Shown: positions 48,794-62,000 of the stretch, piece after piece | Layout of the letters: the number at the start of each line of letters is the position of its first letter | How positions within the stretch are numbered: position 1 is the stretch's first letter | From: Pecten maximus | Lineage: Eukaryota | Length of the DNA stretch: 64,000 bases | Reading direction: 5' to 3' | Assembly: GCF_902652985.1 (NCBI RefSeq) | Contig: NC_047015.1 | Span: forward strand, 28,706,001 to 28,770,000 | Translations under genes and position numbers: made by a program | Notes under the pieces: model-generated | Databases searched by the model: none | What the model was told of the DNA's origin: nothing | Seen by the model: only the letters and a program-made list of their open reading frames with translations

Positions 48794-51700
48794 ATGTCTG
48801 CGACTAGTGTACCCGACAAGACTAAGAGGATAGGACGATGGTATTTCGGCGGAATAGCTAGTGCCATGGCCGCGTGCTGCACTCATCCGGCTGATCTTAT
48901 CAAGGTATAATACGTGTAATCTAGTTATTTAAAACTTGAATTCATAGAGTTAATAAACGCATGTAATCAATATACGGAATTTCCATTCGGCACTTGCACC
49001 AATTATTTAAGACATTTGAAGGCCAATATTTTCCTTCGGTAGCATTGTTATACATGGAACAAATTCCAGGGTAAAGCTTGTAAAAACAGTTAAGTGATAG
49101 ATATCTCCGCCTTTGTCCATCACCCTACATTGTTTATGAATTAGCGTATGAATTGTATTTATTTCGGATGTGATATACCCTGTACATACCCCAACAAAAA
49201 CAGTGTATAGTTATGTTAATTTGCTGTATAATCAAAACTGGTGTAAAGTCAGCTAGTACAATATAACTACTGAGCTGTGCCGATTATAGGTGGGGGATTT
49301 GGCACGACTGGCTATAACTTCCGCGACCTTTACCTTTGTTAGGGGAATTGCTTATACCAAATAAGTTTCAACCATACAACTGGCATGACAATTATCTAAG
49401 CTGGGAATTTGGCTGATTCAACTGATTTACCTGAAAGGATTTTTGCCACAGAAACTTCAATGGGTGACTGTCAAGGTTACAATAAAGAGACTGTCTATGG
49501 TCAATAAGAATCTGTATTTAGACAGATACCCAAATATAGCCTGATGTAGACCACAACACAATCTAGCATCTTTGTCAGATATTTAGATGTATATTAGGTC
49601 ATTATGGGTGTAGGTGGGTGTGGATGGGGGTCAAATAACAAAATGAGTTTAAAAACGTTCGCATTCCTTCACAAAAGTTTGTATTCACATTAGTGTTTGA
49701 AAATCGTATAGAAGTCGTCAGAATTACACGGAATACATAATGCAGGTAATATGTAGAATTAATCCAATAATCAAAGTAGGGAATTAATGTTGGTGTTCAA
49801 TGAAAAGTTGAGTAGCAGACATAAAAAGTAGAGTCATACATAGCTATAGGAGGGTGATTTTGTCAAGTTTTCATTTCAATTTAGTTATTATCAAACATAA
49901 CGCACAGAGTATAGTGTGTTTAGTATTAAACTAAAGGCATTGCTTATAAAATGTATATCGTATATTTTGATGCATGCTTTGAAAAATAATGTGTTCAGTC
50001 TTTTATACTTTTAATTTATAGACTTTCATTTTACAATAACTGCAGAAAATGTTATATCAACTTATATTAATCATGCCTGTTAGTTCGAAGGGAAGTGCGC
50101 GAGGGGCCTTACTGTCGGAGGAAACCGGAGTAAACACCTGGCCAATTTTGTATACTATCGAATTTTCAACTAAATTTGATTCTCTTTACCAAAAATGTGT
50201 ACAGAAACTATTACAAAATTCAACAAATTCAGTGTATCGATCAGGAAGACAAAGTATAAGACTTTTTTAAATGTATGATTAAGATATCAGTAGTATTCAT
50301 TAGCTCTAAAAAGTTATCATATATGGTAATATTTGTTCGTGTATAATAATATCTGATATAATATATCTATTTAATATATCTAAAAATGACTTTCTTTCAA
50401 TAGCCAAAAATGGACATGGAAACAAAAAAGAAATTCGTTACCTATTTCATGAATATACTGTAACAGTATGGACACATTCTATTTTGATGTTCCACATTAT
50501 TCCATCTGCAAGTTTCAAGTCTTTTATGATTATTTGTTCTGAACATACACAAAAGTATTCTTTAGTTATCATTTAAAATGTCAAAACATTTTTCAAGGTT
50601 TTCAATAATTTTTCATAAATTCTATTACACACAGATTTCGAAGAATTACAATAAGTTTTACAAAAATATGATCGTACAAAATCTGATGTACAGTTAGTTT
50701 TAGGATCGTGTAATAAGATTTTCCTGTATCTGTCAATCTCAAATAAACACCATTCAACATTCATTAAACTATTTTATAGAAAGATTTAATATGGGACTAC
50801 TTTATTGTCGTTTATAAAGACAAGAGATAACATATTATCCGTCACAAATTTAGTTTGTTTTTCTCTTGATAGCAACATTCTTGACCAGTAACTAATCATT
50901 CTAGCTTTTATTTCTATTAAAAGTGGGCTTGTGCCTAGTTCCCAATAAACTAGTATTCATTGCCATCGGTACGCACGCATATCATACACCTAAACAGCGA
51001 ACAGCTAATTTCCATTAATATGTAGCATTTGACCAGCTACTTTGGTACAAAATGTATCTGATTATTGGTGTTTGTTGATATCTAATTATTCTGTGCGATA
51101 TTCACATCTCTCTGTTCTGTTTCAGCAACTTTGCATTACAGCGTCTCGTCCTTTTCCCCTTTTCTATATTATAATTTCTATGCAGAGTTATTAAGATAAA
51201 TGATTAATTCGTGTTGTATTTTAACAGGTTCATCTTCAAACCCAGCAACTGGAGAAGGTCAAGGTCACGAGTTTAATAGGCCGTATCATCAAGAATGACG
51301 GGATTCTGGGGATATATAACGGTCTATCAGCTTCTATTTGCAGACAGGTAAAGACCCCTGTAGTAAACAAATAACAACAGCAACTGCATCGCTTTGAAAA
51401 CAGTATCCCCGATAGTTTAGGGGTTACGTCCACATTCGCTCTTTGCACCCCTGGACTTTATGTTGGTAAGTGCTCAATCACCATCAGTGGATAAAACAAA
51501 ATATAAGTTTGGTCCTTTGATTTGTATTATTGAACTTCATAGTATTGAGCTTGGTAATCGCTCCTGCTCCTCCTCCTCCGACTCCGACTCCGACAGCATT
51601 TCCATGCAGATTATAAAAGCAGGAGACTAAAATATACACTGTTATGTATCAGGGCTTTTATTTGTGGGGTACCTTTCGTACATACAGATGGAAGTTGTTA

Positions 51701-54700
51701 TCTTTTATCAATGTTTTATCTGTATGATTCCTAACTCCCCAACATATACCACCCAGCCCGTTTATCCCTTCAGTTGACCTAGTCCACCAACCGGTTTTAT
51801 CCCTCCAGTTGACCTACTCCACCACCCGGTTTTATCCCTTCAGTTGACCTACTCCACCACCCGGTTTTATCCCTCCAGTTGACCTACTCCACCACCCGGT
51901 TTTATCCCTCCAGTTGACCTACTCCACCACCCGGTTTTATCCCTCAATGTGACCTACTCCACCATCCGGTTTTATCCCTTCAGTTGACCTACTCCACCAC
52001 CCGGTTTTATCCCTCAATGTGACCTACTCCATCACCCGGTTTTATCCCTTCAGTTGACCTACTCCACCACCCGGTTTTATCCCTCCAGTTGACCTACTCC
52101 ATCACCCGGTTTTATCCCTTCAGTTGACCTACTCCATCACCCGGTTTTATCCCTCCAGTTGACCTACTCCATCACCCGGTTTTATCCCTCCAGTTGACCT
52201 ACTCCACCACCCGGTTTTATCCCTCAAGGTGACCTACTCCACCACCCGGTTTTATCCCTCCAGTTGACCTACTCCACCACCCGGTTTTATCCCTCCAGTT
52301 GACCTACTCCATCATCCGGTTTTATCCCTTCAGTTGACCTACTCCACCACCCGGTTTTCTCCCTTCAGTTGACCTACTCCACCACCCGGTTTTATCCCTC
52401 CAGTTGACCTACTCCACCACCCGGTTTTATCCCTCCAGTTGACCTACTCCACCACCCGGTTTTATCCCTCAATGTGACCTACTCCACCATCCGGTTTTAT
52501 CCCTTCAGTTGACCTACTCCACCACCCGGTTTTATCCCTCAATGTGACCTACTCCATCACCCGGTTTTATCCCTTCAGTTGACCTACTCCACCACCCGGT
52601 TTTATCCCTCCAGTTGACCTACTCCATCACCCGGTTTTATCCCTTCAGTTGACCTACTCCATCACCCGGTTTTATCCCTCCAGTTGACCTACTCCATCAC
52701 CCGGTTTTATCCCTCCAGTTGACCTACTCCACCACCCGGTTTTATCCCTCAAGGTGACCTACTCCACCACCCGGTTTTATCCCTCCAGTTGACCTACTCC
52801 ACCACCCGGTTTTATCCCTCCAGTTGACCTACTCCATCATCCGGTTTTATCCCTTCAGTTGACCTACTCCACCACCCGGTTTTCTCCCTTCAGTTGACCT
52901 ACTCCACCACCCGGTTTGCCATTTACGAGACGATCAAGAAACATCTGACTAAGGATGGAAGCGTGATGCCTTTCTATCAGAAGGTTGGCACGGCCGTGGT
53001 GTCAGGCGCCTTGGGAGGTTTCGTGGGAACTCCAGCCGACCTTATCAATGTCAGGTACTCCTCTGTTTCCATTGTCAACTTCTAGTGAAATAATGTTTTA
53101 AGTGGTACCGCTAAAGTCTTACCGTCATAATAAAAGTCATAAAGAGTTCTACAAAAGTCAGATAAGTGAAGAGTTCAGTTATTTTAATATAGATTTGTGA
53201 TAAATAAGTTCAGTGGTAACTAATTACAGCATATGAATTTAGTGGTAAATAACTTTAGCATATGGAATTAGTGGTAAAAAACTACGGCATATGAATTAAG
53301 TGGTGAAAAACTTCAGCATGTGGAATTTGTGGTAAATAATTACAGCATATAAATTAAGTGGTGGATAACTTCAGCATATGGAATTAGTGGTAAAAAATTA
53401 CAGCATATAATTTAAGTGGTGGATAACTTAAGAACATGGAATTAGTGGTAAATAATTACAGCATATAAATTAAGTGGTGGAAAACTTAAGAACATGGAAT
53501 TAGTGGTAAATAATTACAGCATATGAATTAAGTGGTGGATAACTTCAGAACATGGAATTAGTGCTAAATATTTATAGCATATGAATTTAGTGGTGGATAA
53601 CTTCAGAACATGGAATTAGTGGTAAATAATTACAGCATATGAATTAAGTGGTGGATAACTTCAGCATATGAATTTAGTGGTGAATAACTTCAGCATGTGG
53701 AATTAGTGGTAAAAAAATTACAGAATGTGAATTTAGTGGTAAATATTTCAAAATATGAATTTTGTGGTAAATAATTACAGTAGACTGAATAAAATTAAGA
53801 AAACAAAATATTTTTATTTTTTCATTCGCATTGTGATAATAAGGTGTATTATGAAGAATGTCGTTATGTTTGCTTCAGGATGCAAAACGACGTAAAGCTA
53901 CCAGTGGACCAGCGCAGAAAGTGAGTACAGTAATGATGATTGAATATAAGTAAAAGCAGAGTAACACGAAATATAAACATTCTGAATACTTTCGCTGATG
54001 TCAAACTTTAATTCAAATGTCATAGCATTACATCAATCATTGACCAAAATATATCTACTGACAAGTCACCACATCAATGATTCTCATGTGTATATCTACT
54101 GACAAGTCACTAGATCATTGATACTTGTCTATAACCTCCGTCATATTTTACCAAAATGTATCTACCGACAAGGCACCATATCATTGACTCTCGTCTATAA
54201 CCTCCGTCATATTTTACCAAAATGTATCTACCGACAAGGCGCCATATCATTGACTCTCGTCTATAACCTCCGTCATATTTTACCAAAATGTATCTACCGA
54301 CAAGGCACCATATCATTGACTCTCGTCTATAACCTCCGTCATATTTTACCAAAATATATCTACCAACAAGGCACCATATCATTGACTCTCGTCAGAAACC
54401 TCCATCATATTTTACCAAAATATATCTACCGACAAGGCACCATATCATTGACTCTCGTGTGTAACCTCCGTCATATTTTACCAAAATATATCTACCGACA
54501 AGGCACCATATCATTGACTCTCGTCTGTAACCTCCATCATATTTTACCAAAATATATCTTCCGACAAGGCACCATATCATTGACTCTCGTCTGTAACCTT
54601 CGTCATATTTTACCAAAATATATCTACCGACAAGTCACCATATCATTGACTCTCGTCTGTAACCTCCGTCATATTTTACCAAAATGTATCTACCGACAAG

Positions 54701-57700
54701 GCACCATATCATTGACTCTCGTCTATAACCTCCGTCATATTTTACCAAATTTAAAGACATTACTGTCGCATTTTCTGATGGTTAAAATTTTCGCGGTTTG
54801 AACTACAAGGATTTTATTTCCCTGATACTATTCTCAAAGGTTTACACGTATTAGTTGAGGTTTACATGTATTAGTTAAGGTTTACACGTATTAGTTGAGG
54901 TTTACATGTATTAGTTAAGGTTTACACGTATAAGTTTTCTTTGTAACGTTATCTGCCGTTCTCTTTCAATCAAAGGTAAATATATCTGAAGAACAAGACA
55001 TTAATCAGCGCACATATTTAGTGTAATACCCAACACAAACTCGATAACTAAAGCATTTTTCTGTGTAATTGTAGCTATAAGAATGCCTTTCATGGTTTCT
55101 ATCGCGTGTTCCGGGAGGAGGGGATTGGAAGGATGTTCTCCGGCGCCACCATGGCCAGTTCCAGAGCGATCCTGGTCACTGTCGGACAAGTGTGTATCAA
55201 TCCTCCATTTATATTTGTAGTTATTTTAAATTCTACGTTGTGTTTGAAGAATTATGAATGTTAAACTCGGAAAGAACTGGTTTATTCGAATCAAGGAAAT
55301 TTAAAAACGAAACGGCATTTGTTTGTTAATATGTTTTATTCCTATTTTTATCGATTATGATTTAGAATTTCCTGTTATTATGTATTTACTTGTAGTTTGG
55401 TTTACTTGTAGTACACAAATGTTATAGTATTTGGTATTAGTAGTACACTTCCTGATACAGACGGGTATATACAAGGTATTAATTTCTTTGTATAGCTGGC
55501 ATGTTATGACCAGATAAAACAGACACTTATGAACACCGGCTACTTCAAAGACAATGTGTTCACACATGTAACCAGCAGTGCGGTAGCGGTAAGTACCCAT
55601 TCTACAACCTCCTCCTTATCACCATTCACCTGGCGTAGGATACGTAATGATTATTTATGAGTTTATGTAAATACAAAACATGTTGAAGTGCATCTATATT
55701 ATAGAATACATGACGACGGTGTTGAGACAAATGTATACGATATAACATATATATAGGACACATGGCGATAGTGTTTAGAAATATACATATTTAGGTCATT
55801 ATAAAGAATGTCGAGAGATTATATAACGTACAGGTGACGATGGGTGTTGGGTGAGGACCAGTGATAAGACTTGCAAAATGTTGAATTATGACAGCAAATG
55901 AATTCGGTCTCTCCACTCAGCGATTTCTCATAGTTGTCCCTTGTCAGCAAAAACTTTGGAATCTGCCAAAGGCGTGTGTCAACATTCGAATGTCTTCTAT
56001 TACATAGAGGAGCGATACTCCTCAAAACATACCATGATTTCAACCGATTTTTGCATTCAAAATGTTGAACTGGTTATATTAATATAAATGAGTATTTGCG
56101 GCAATGTGATCCTGAAGAGTAAGCGGTTCCCCAGCCACATATGGCACCCGCCATGGTCTTCAGTCCCAAATAAGTGTTATGGCAACATCCTTGCTAAAAC
56201 GTCTTGAATCTAAGAATAATTTATCTATATGACTTAACAAACATACATTAATGTTTTATCAAAATGGCCTAATAAACATATCATGATTATTTATCTCTAT
56301 GACTAAATAAACATACCATTATAATTTATATATATATGTCTTCTTTAGTATATCATAATAACCTATCTGTATGACTTGATAAACATATGATGATATATTA
56401 TATACCAGGGGACCATAGCCACTGTGATTTGTCATCCTGTGGACGTGATGAAAACTAGGATGATGAACGCCCCGCCAGGACATTACACTGTAAGTACTGA
56501 ATCGGTATACATCTTAGTCTAGTGCTAATGTTCAGCTTGTATCTCAATTTATTCTATGTGTCAGTTTATACTACCTGTGAGTTTATACTACGTGTGAGTT
56601 TATACTACGTGTCAGTTTATACTACGTGTCAGTTTATACTATGTGTCATCAGCTTATACTATATGTGAGTTTATACTTTTTGCCAGTCTATTCTATGTGT
56701 CATACTATGTGTCTATGCTGTTTATCGGTTTTATTAGATTGTGAATCACATCTGCTCTCATTGTAACCACTCGAGAATGTAGATTGTGAATCACATCTGC
56801 TCTCATTGTAACCACTCGAGAATGTAGATTGTGAATCACATACACTCTCATCACCGTAACTCCTCGGGGATGTGATGACTAGATGTAGATTTTGAATCAC
56901 ATCTGCTCTCATTGAAACCACTCGAGGATGTATATTATGAATCACATCTGCTCTCATTGTAACCACTCGAGGATGTATATTATGAATCACATCTGCTCTC
57001 ATTGTAACCACTCGAGGATGTATATTGTAGATACAATGATACATGCACATTGAAGTTTTATCAAAGTTTTATGTGATTAACGTACAACAGTGATACGTTT
57101 ATATTACAGTGATATGTTTATATTACAGTGATATGTTTATATTACAGTGATACGTTTATATTACAGTGATACGTTTATATTACAAGTATTACTTTCCGGG
57201 AATTATTTTTGCAGGTCCAGATTTTGTGCCAGCATTACTTGCCGACAATTATTGTGTATGGTCAGATTTTGTGCCATGATTACATTCCAAGAATAAAAAG
57301 TACCTGATGTAAATTACGTTTTAAATCATTTTCAGGGTTTATTTGCATGTGCAAAGGATATTGCGAAAAATGGACCTCAAGGCTTTTTTAAGGTAAGATT
57401 ATTTAGCTATTGACGAATCAAAATCAGTTGAATATTTATTTTCCCATGGTTTTGTTTTAACTTTTTGTACCAAATGTTAGGACGTAAATAATATAACGTA
57501 ATGATTGCATTCAGGGGGTTTATTATCACAGTGTGTATTTCTCGGTCTTGGAGACGAATATCAAGTTTGAACATCTTAAAATCAAAAAATCAATTTATTT
57601 TTTATTACTATTGATAGTCATGTTAATCAAAACAGAATATAATATACTTATGATGGATTGTGTATTTTGTGAGTAATTATCATTAGTAAGAGTTGATAAA

Positions 57701-58094
57701 GTTATTTTTTGTTTGAAACTGTTTAAAACCAATATTCATCTCCCAAATGAGTATTTGTATACTCTTATATACATGTTAGCTAAATCAAAACTACTGTCGG
57801 AATTATTACTGCAGTACTGATTTTATTTTTAAATTTATTGGTTGACTCGTATTCGTAAGAATATCGTTACTATATCGTTGATATTCATGCAGTATTAAGC
57901 TCAACATCTGACAAGCTGTAGTGTTCTATATTTTAGTTTTGGAAAGGGAGAACTAACATTCCATGTGTGATTATCATTTCTTTTGTCTTCGACAGGGATT
58001 CATTCCAGCCTTCGTGCGTTATGGACCGCATACAGTCTTCATATTCATTTTCCTGGAACAGATACGACAGAATTTCGGAGATGATCCGGAGTAG
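48794..58094 (+). CDS. SLC25A10: Mitochondrial dicarboxylate carrier, 292 aa
   Basis: Exons 48794-48904, 51228-51347, 52894-53054, 53879-53920, 55075-55189, 55496-55588, 56409-56489, 57336-57392, 57996-58094 = 879 nt, all GT-AG and in phase. Contains RWYFGGIASAMAACCTHPADLIKVHLQTQ, RQLTYSTTRFAIYE, GTPADLINVRMQND and PVDVMKTR (three carrier signature motifs). Confidence 0.95.
51761..52917 (+). repeat. 35-bp tandem repeat (33 copies) made of the SLC25A10 exon-3 acceptor and the first 24 nt of the exon
   Basis: Unit CAG|TTGACCTACTCCACCACCCGGTTTTATCCCTY; the last copy runs into the coding exon at 52894. Confidence 0.95.
53205..53780. repeat. ~29-30 bp degenerate minisatellite
   Basis: Unit AATTAGTGGTAAATAATTACAGCATATG(A), with two alternating variants. 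Confidence 0.85.
54040..54750. repeat. 66-bp minisatellite (~10 copies)
   Basis: Unit TATCTACCGACAAGGCACCATATCATTGACTCTCGTCTATAACCTCCGTCATATTTTACCAAAATR. Confidence 0.9.
54838..54932. repeat. 20-bp tandem repeat (~4.5 copies)
   Basis: GGTTTACAYGTATTAGTTRA. Confidence 0.8.
56558..57185. repeat. Cluster of short arrays (17 bp at 56558-56680, 44-45 bp at 56736-57030, 19 bp at 57088-57185)
   Basis: GTTTATACTACGTGTSA; GAATCACATCTGCTCTCATTGTAACCACTCGAG..; TACAGTGATAYGTTTATAT. Confidence 0.8.
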
Positions 58095-59181
58095 CTAATC
58101 GGACAGGGGTGTCTTCATTCATAGTGTATGGAGTAGCTTCTCCCATCACAACATTGACTCAGTTTCCTAGAAAATCGAGATAATTGAGGTCGTAGCCGTG
58201 ATGTTTCCGTATGCCTCGCTATTTTTATTCTCGTGGTGAGATTAAAATAGATCTAAAACATCAGTAAATATATTTATAAACCATTTATGTAACACTTTAA
58301 ACTACTTTAGTATGTATTTTCCACAATTATCCAAGAACAGGTCACCGAGCGACATTAACGTTGTTCCATGTTTTAAAGTACAAATGTAAAATATCGGTAT
58401 ATTTCGTGCAATCTTGTTTATTAGGGAACTGAACTGCCATTTTAGAAATTGTGATATGTTAAACTGGAACTTGTATTGGGGTGTTAGGAAAATGTGTGTC
58501 ATAGACCAGCAAGAACCGTACTGCATGTGTATGTGTGGTATATGGCCGGGTTAGTTTGGATTTGTTGGCTTTTTTTACCATCAATGTTATTTATATGTTT
58601 CATGTTTTTATCAGTCCATTATTTATTTACATTTCCAGTCCAGCTATCGATGTATTTAGTTATATGTGTTTTAGAAAGTTTCGTTTACCAACAAAACTGT
58701 GATATTTATACTCCGATTGAAGATACAAACGCCTATCTTGTTAATGAATGACGTGCTTTTGTTTTGGGTGCAGTGTATGTTGATTTTTGCCCAGTCGATG
58801 TGTCTACCCTGTGTATATGTTGTAAGGTGTTGACTATCTATTGACTATTATGTTGAATATGTAGTGGATGGTGTGAATCTTTGTGTCAGATTTTATTCGT
58901 TTCGTTCCTGTAAGTGTGTGATAGAGCTATTGAGGACGAGCATGCAGGGATCCCAGTCTTTCACTGACGATTCTGGCCATCGGAATAAGAGAGAGTTCAG
59001 ACAAAACCTTACTATCAGTGATTATAGATATAGGGGAGATCTTGTTGAACCTTGTGATTTAGATATCCCATTTGAAATATTTCCAGTGAATCTCTTCCGG
59101 TCTTATTTTGTTACTTTCTGTTGTTAAGGCGACCAGTTGGCCTTTACTACAGAAATGCTTGTTAACATGTTTGTACTCAAT

Positions 59182-59187
59182 AATAAA
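59182..59187 (+). terminator. Candidate poly(A) signal of SLC25A10
   Basis: AATAAA ~1.1 kb after the stop codon, followed by T/GT-rich sequence. Confidence 0.3.
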
Positions 59188-60099
59188 GTAATTCATATAA
59201 AAGGCTAGAGTTCAGTATTTGTTTATGAAAATTTTGTACAAATAGTCGGTGATTTATGCAGTATACAGTGATTGCAACGATTTATTTCTCATGATTTCAT
59301 TCCGTGGGACATTTAACAGTAAAGACATACGTTTATCTTAGTAATTAATAATGACACATCTCTCTGACATTCCTCATAGATTTGTGAAGTTAAATGTCAA
59401 GAAGTATTCAATATTTTTGCAAAATAATTGTATTACCGTCATTTCCCCGTCAACTCCCGTGAGAAAATATGTAACACACACGTGGCGATGGTGATAATGA
59501 TACTGTATCGTCGACATCCTACACCTATCATCAGAACACACGATCTATCTTTTGTCCCCGCCGTGGTTTACGAGGCATATACAGAAAGAATTATGCTATG
59601 TAATTTTTTTAATCATATTACTTTTTCTAATAATAATTTCCACATAACTTATTAATATGAAATTCCGTTTTAGGTAAATAGCGCACACACAGAAAAGCAA
59701 ATTATGTCCGAAAGCCTGATACTACAAAACTGTGTAACACTCTTCGTGTGAAAATATCACCAATTTTGTGATATGAATTTCACAAAATCTTAAACCACGT
59801 GATTAAAAAGTATATTTTAAATAAAGGGTGAAATTTTCAGGTGATTTTTCACATAATCCACCCTAATTCCTCTAAAATATTTAGACGAAGTTTCCTGAAT
59901 TAAAATTGAATAGATAAATTGGATCTGGAGACGATATCTATGTAAAATAAGATACATACTATTTTGTTCGCCTACTCGAAATAAATAGAGGAAGAATTTA
60001 CTGGACGGATTTAGGTGGGTACCTTAAGAACACTTTACCGTCCCTTGAGAACATCAGTAGAACATTACACTAGGTCAAAAATCCACATGACCGTAGCCT

Positions 60100-62000
60100 A
60101 GTACAGTTAGAAGAATGAACAGACTTAAACTAAATCATGATGGTGAAATGGCAACACTTCAGGAGTCTGTCAAGATGTTTTGGGACCGTGGTGAATGACG
60201 TCAAAACTGACCTTACAAGAGCAATTGATGAAAGAGTGAAAAAACTGGATAACAGAAGGAGGGGAAATACAAACTAATAAAAGATAAACAGAAAAGACAA
60301 ACAAGTATGTTATACTCTTATATACATGTTAGCTAAAACGAAACTACTGTTGGAATTATTACTGATGCAGCATTTATTGGTCGACTCGTATTCGTAAGAA
60401 TACCGCTACTATATGATATTCATGCAGTATAAGTTCAACATCTGACAAGCTGTAGTGTTCTATATTTTAGATTTGGAAAGGGAGAACTAACATTCCATGT
60501 GTGATTATCATTTCTTTTGTCTTCGACAGGGATTCATTCCAGCCTTCGTGCGTTATGGACCGCATACAGTCTTCATATTCATTTTCCTGGAACAGATACG
60601 ACAGAATTTCGGAGATGATCCGGAGTAGCTACTATAAAAGACGAACAAGATGTCAGAACAGTATCAGCCAAGCTAGGTGTAGATAGACCCTTCTTCGTCC
60701 AGGAAAATATGACGAAACTAAAGTACAACCCTCAGGGTTGTCATAGAAACCAAACAACAAGCTATGACATTGCTGAATAATGCAAAAGATATTAATCAAA
60801 ATAATGTTCTCGGAACATCACAAAGTAGTCATTAAGTGTGACCAAACACCATGACAAAGACTGGAGATGCAAGAGGAAAATGCAGCAAAATTTCACAATC
60901 AACTCCGGTCAAACTGCTGCAAAATCTCTATTTTGGTTTTGCATTATTAAACGTCCTATCAACAGCTTAAGAAATGTATTAAGGACGTCCCCATATGAGC
61001 GAAATACAGTCATGTAGTATATAAGTGTGTTGTCTGGGAGGCTGAAGTATATTCATGTTTGCTTCCTTGCGATAGTGCGGATCTGATGCCGACTTAACTA
61101 TGCTACCTCACTGAAGCTTACTGTCAAAGAAACCCAGCACGACAATTCACCCGACATGGGCGAACCTGACAGATGACAAAATATCCTAGACGAAGGCGTT
61201 TCCGAACCGAACATGGTGAAAATCACGCCTCGATGTGGAGGCTCAGAAATATATTAATACAATGAGGCGTCAATGGAAAAATACCTACACCGCAAAACCA
61301 AGGAAAACTTCAAGGGGAGCAAATTAACCAGAAATAATGCAACCAGAAATTTTCAGAGTTACCGCTATCACTTATACAAGAGAGGAAATTACAGTATATG
61401 TAAAAACCAACAAGAAGCTTTTCTGGAAGTATGTACGAGGACACGAACACCACGTCTGTAATAAACATGGAGAAAGCTGAAGACACTTACAAGTTGGATC
61501 AGTATTCACCCAACCAGACGACGACAGCCCTCCAGAAATGTCGTCGCACAGAAATTGGATCCGAACAAATCATCTGGATCAGGTATTTTTCATCCTAAAT
61601 TGCTAAAAGCGACCCCAGATCTGATAACGGACCCTTGGAGAACATCCCTAAGAGTGAAACAGCAAAGTAATTATCGCCTATTTACTCCAGCATCTGTCCT
61701 AGACAAACTACTACAACGAAATGTCAAAGATGAAATAGTGGAACACACGGATATTGACAACTTGTTCACTGAACATCAAAATGGTTGTAGATCCGGCAAG
61801 TTATGTACAGCATTTATTCTTATTAAGAATACATTTACAGAGCTAATGTTCGTATTGTTTGAAAACACGATTTTTTTTATAACAATTCGTGTATCTTGTA
61901 ACATTCACTTGAAGTCATTGAACACTACATGCATGTCAATGCCATCGACAAAGGAGAAAACGTTGATGCAATTTATTTGGAGTCAGACGGCCAATGAAGC
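60100..62000 (+). mobile_element. Decayed CR1-group LINE, interrupted by the SLC25A10 exon copy and a SINE-like fragment (~60930-61170)
   Basis: RT-like remnants PNKSSGSGIFHPKLLK, NYRLFTPASVLDKLLQR..NLFTEHQNGCRSGKLC, AIDKGENVDAIYL and KTNKKLFWKYV; purine-rich ORF1-like sequence (IDERVKKLD) upstream. Confidence 0.65.
60310..60631 (+). pseudogene. Duplicated SLC25A10 terminal exon (60530-60628) with ~220 bp of the preceding intron
   Basis: Copy of ~57758-58097. The 99-nt exon, acceptor and stop read identical; the distal intron part has substitutions and indels. Confidence 0.85.

Noticed and set aside
54110-54801. 227-aa ORF with 22-aa repeats, and antisense ORFs
   Set aside because: Translation of the 66-bp intronic minisatellite between in-phase SLC25A10 exons 4 and 5.
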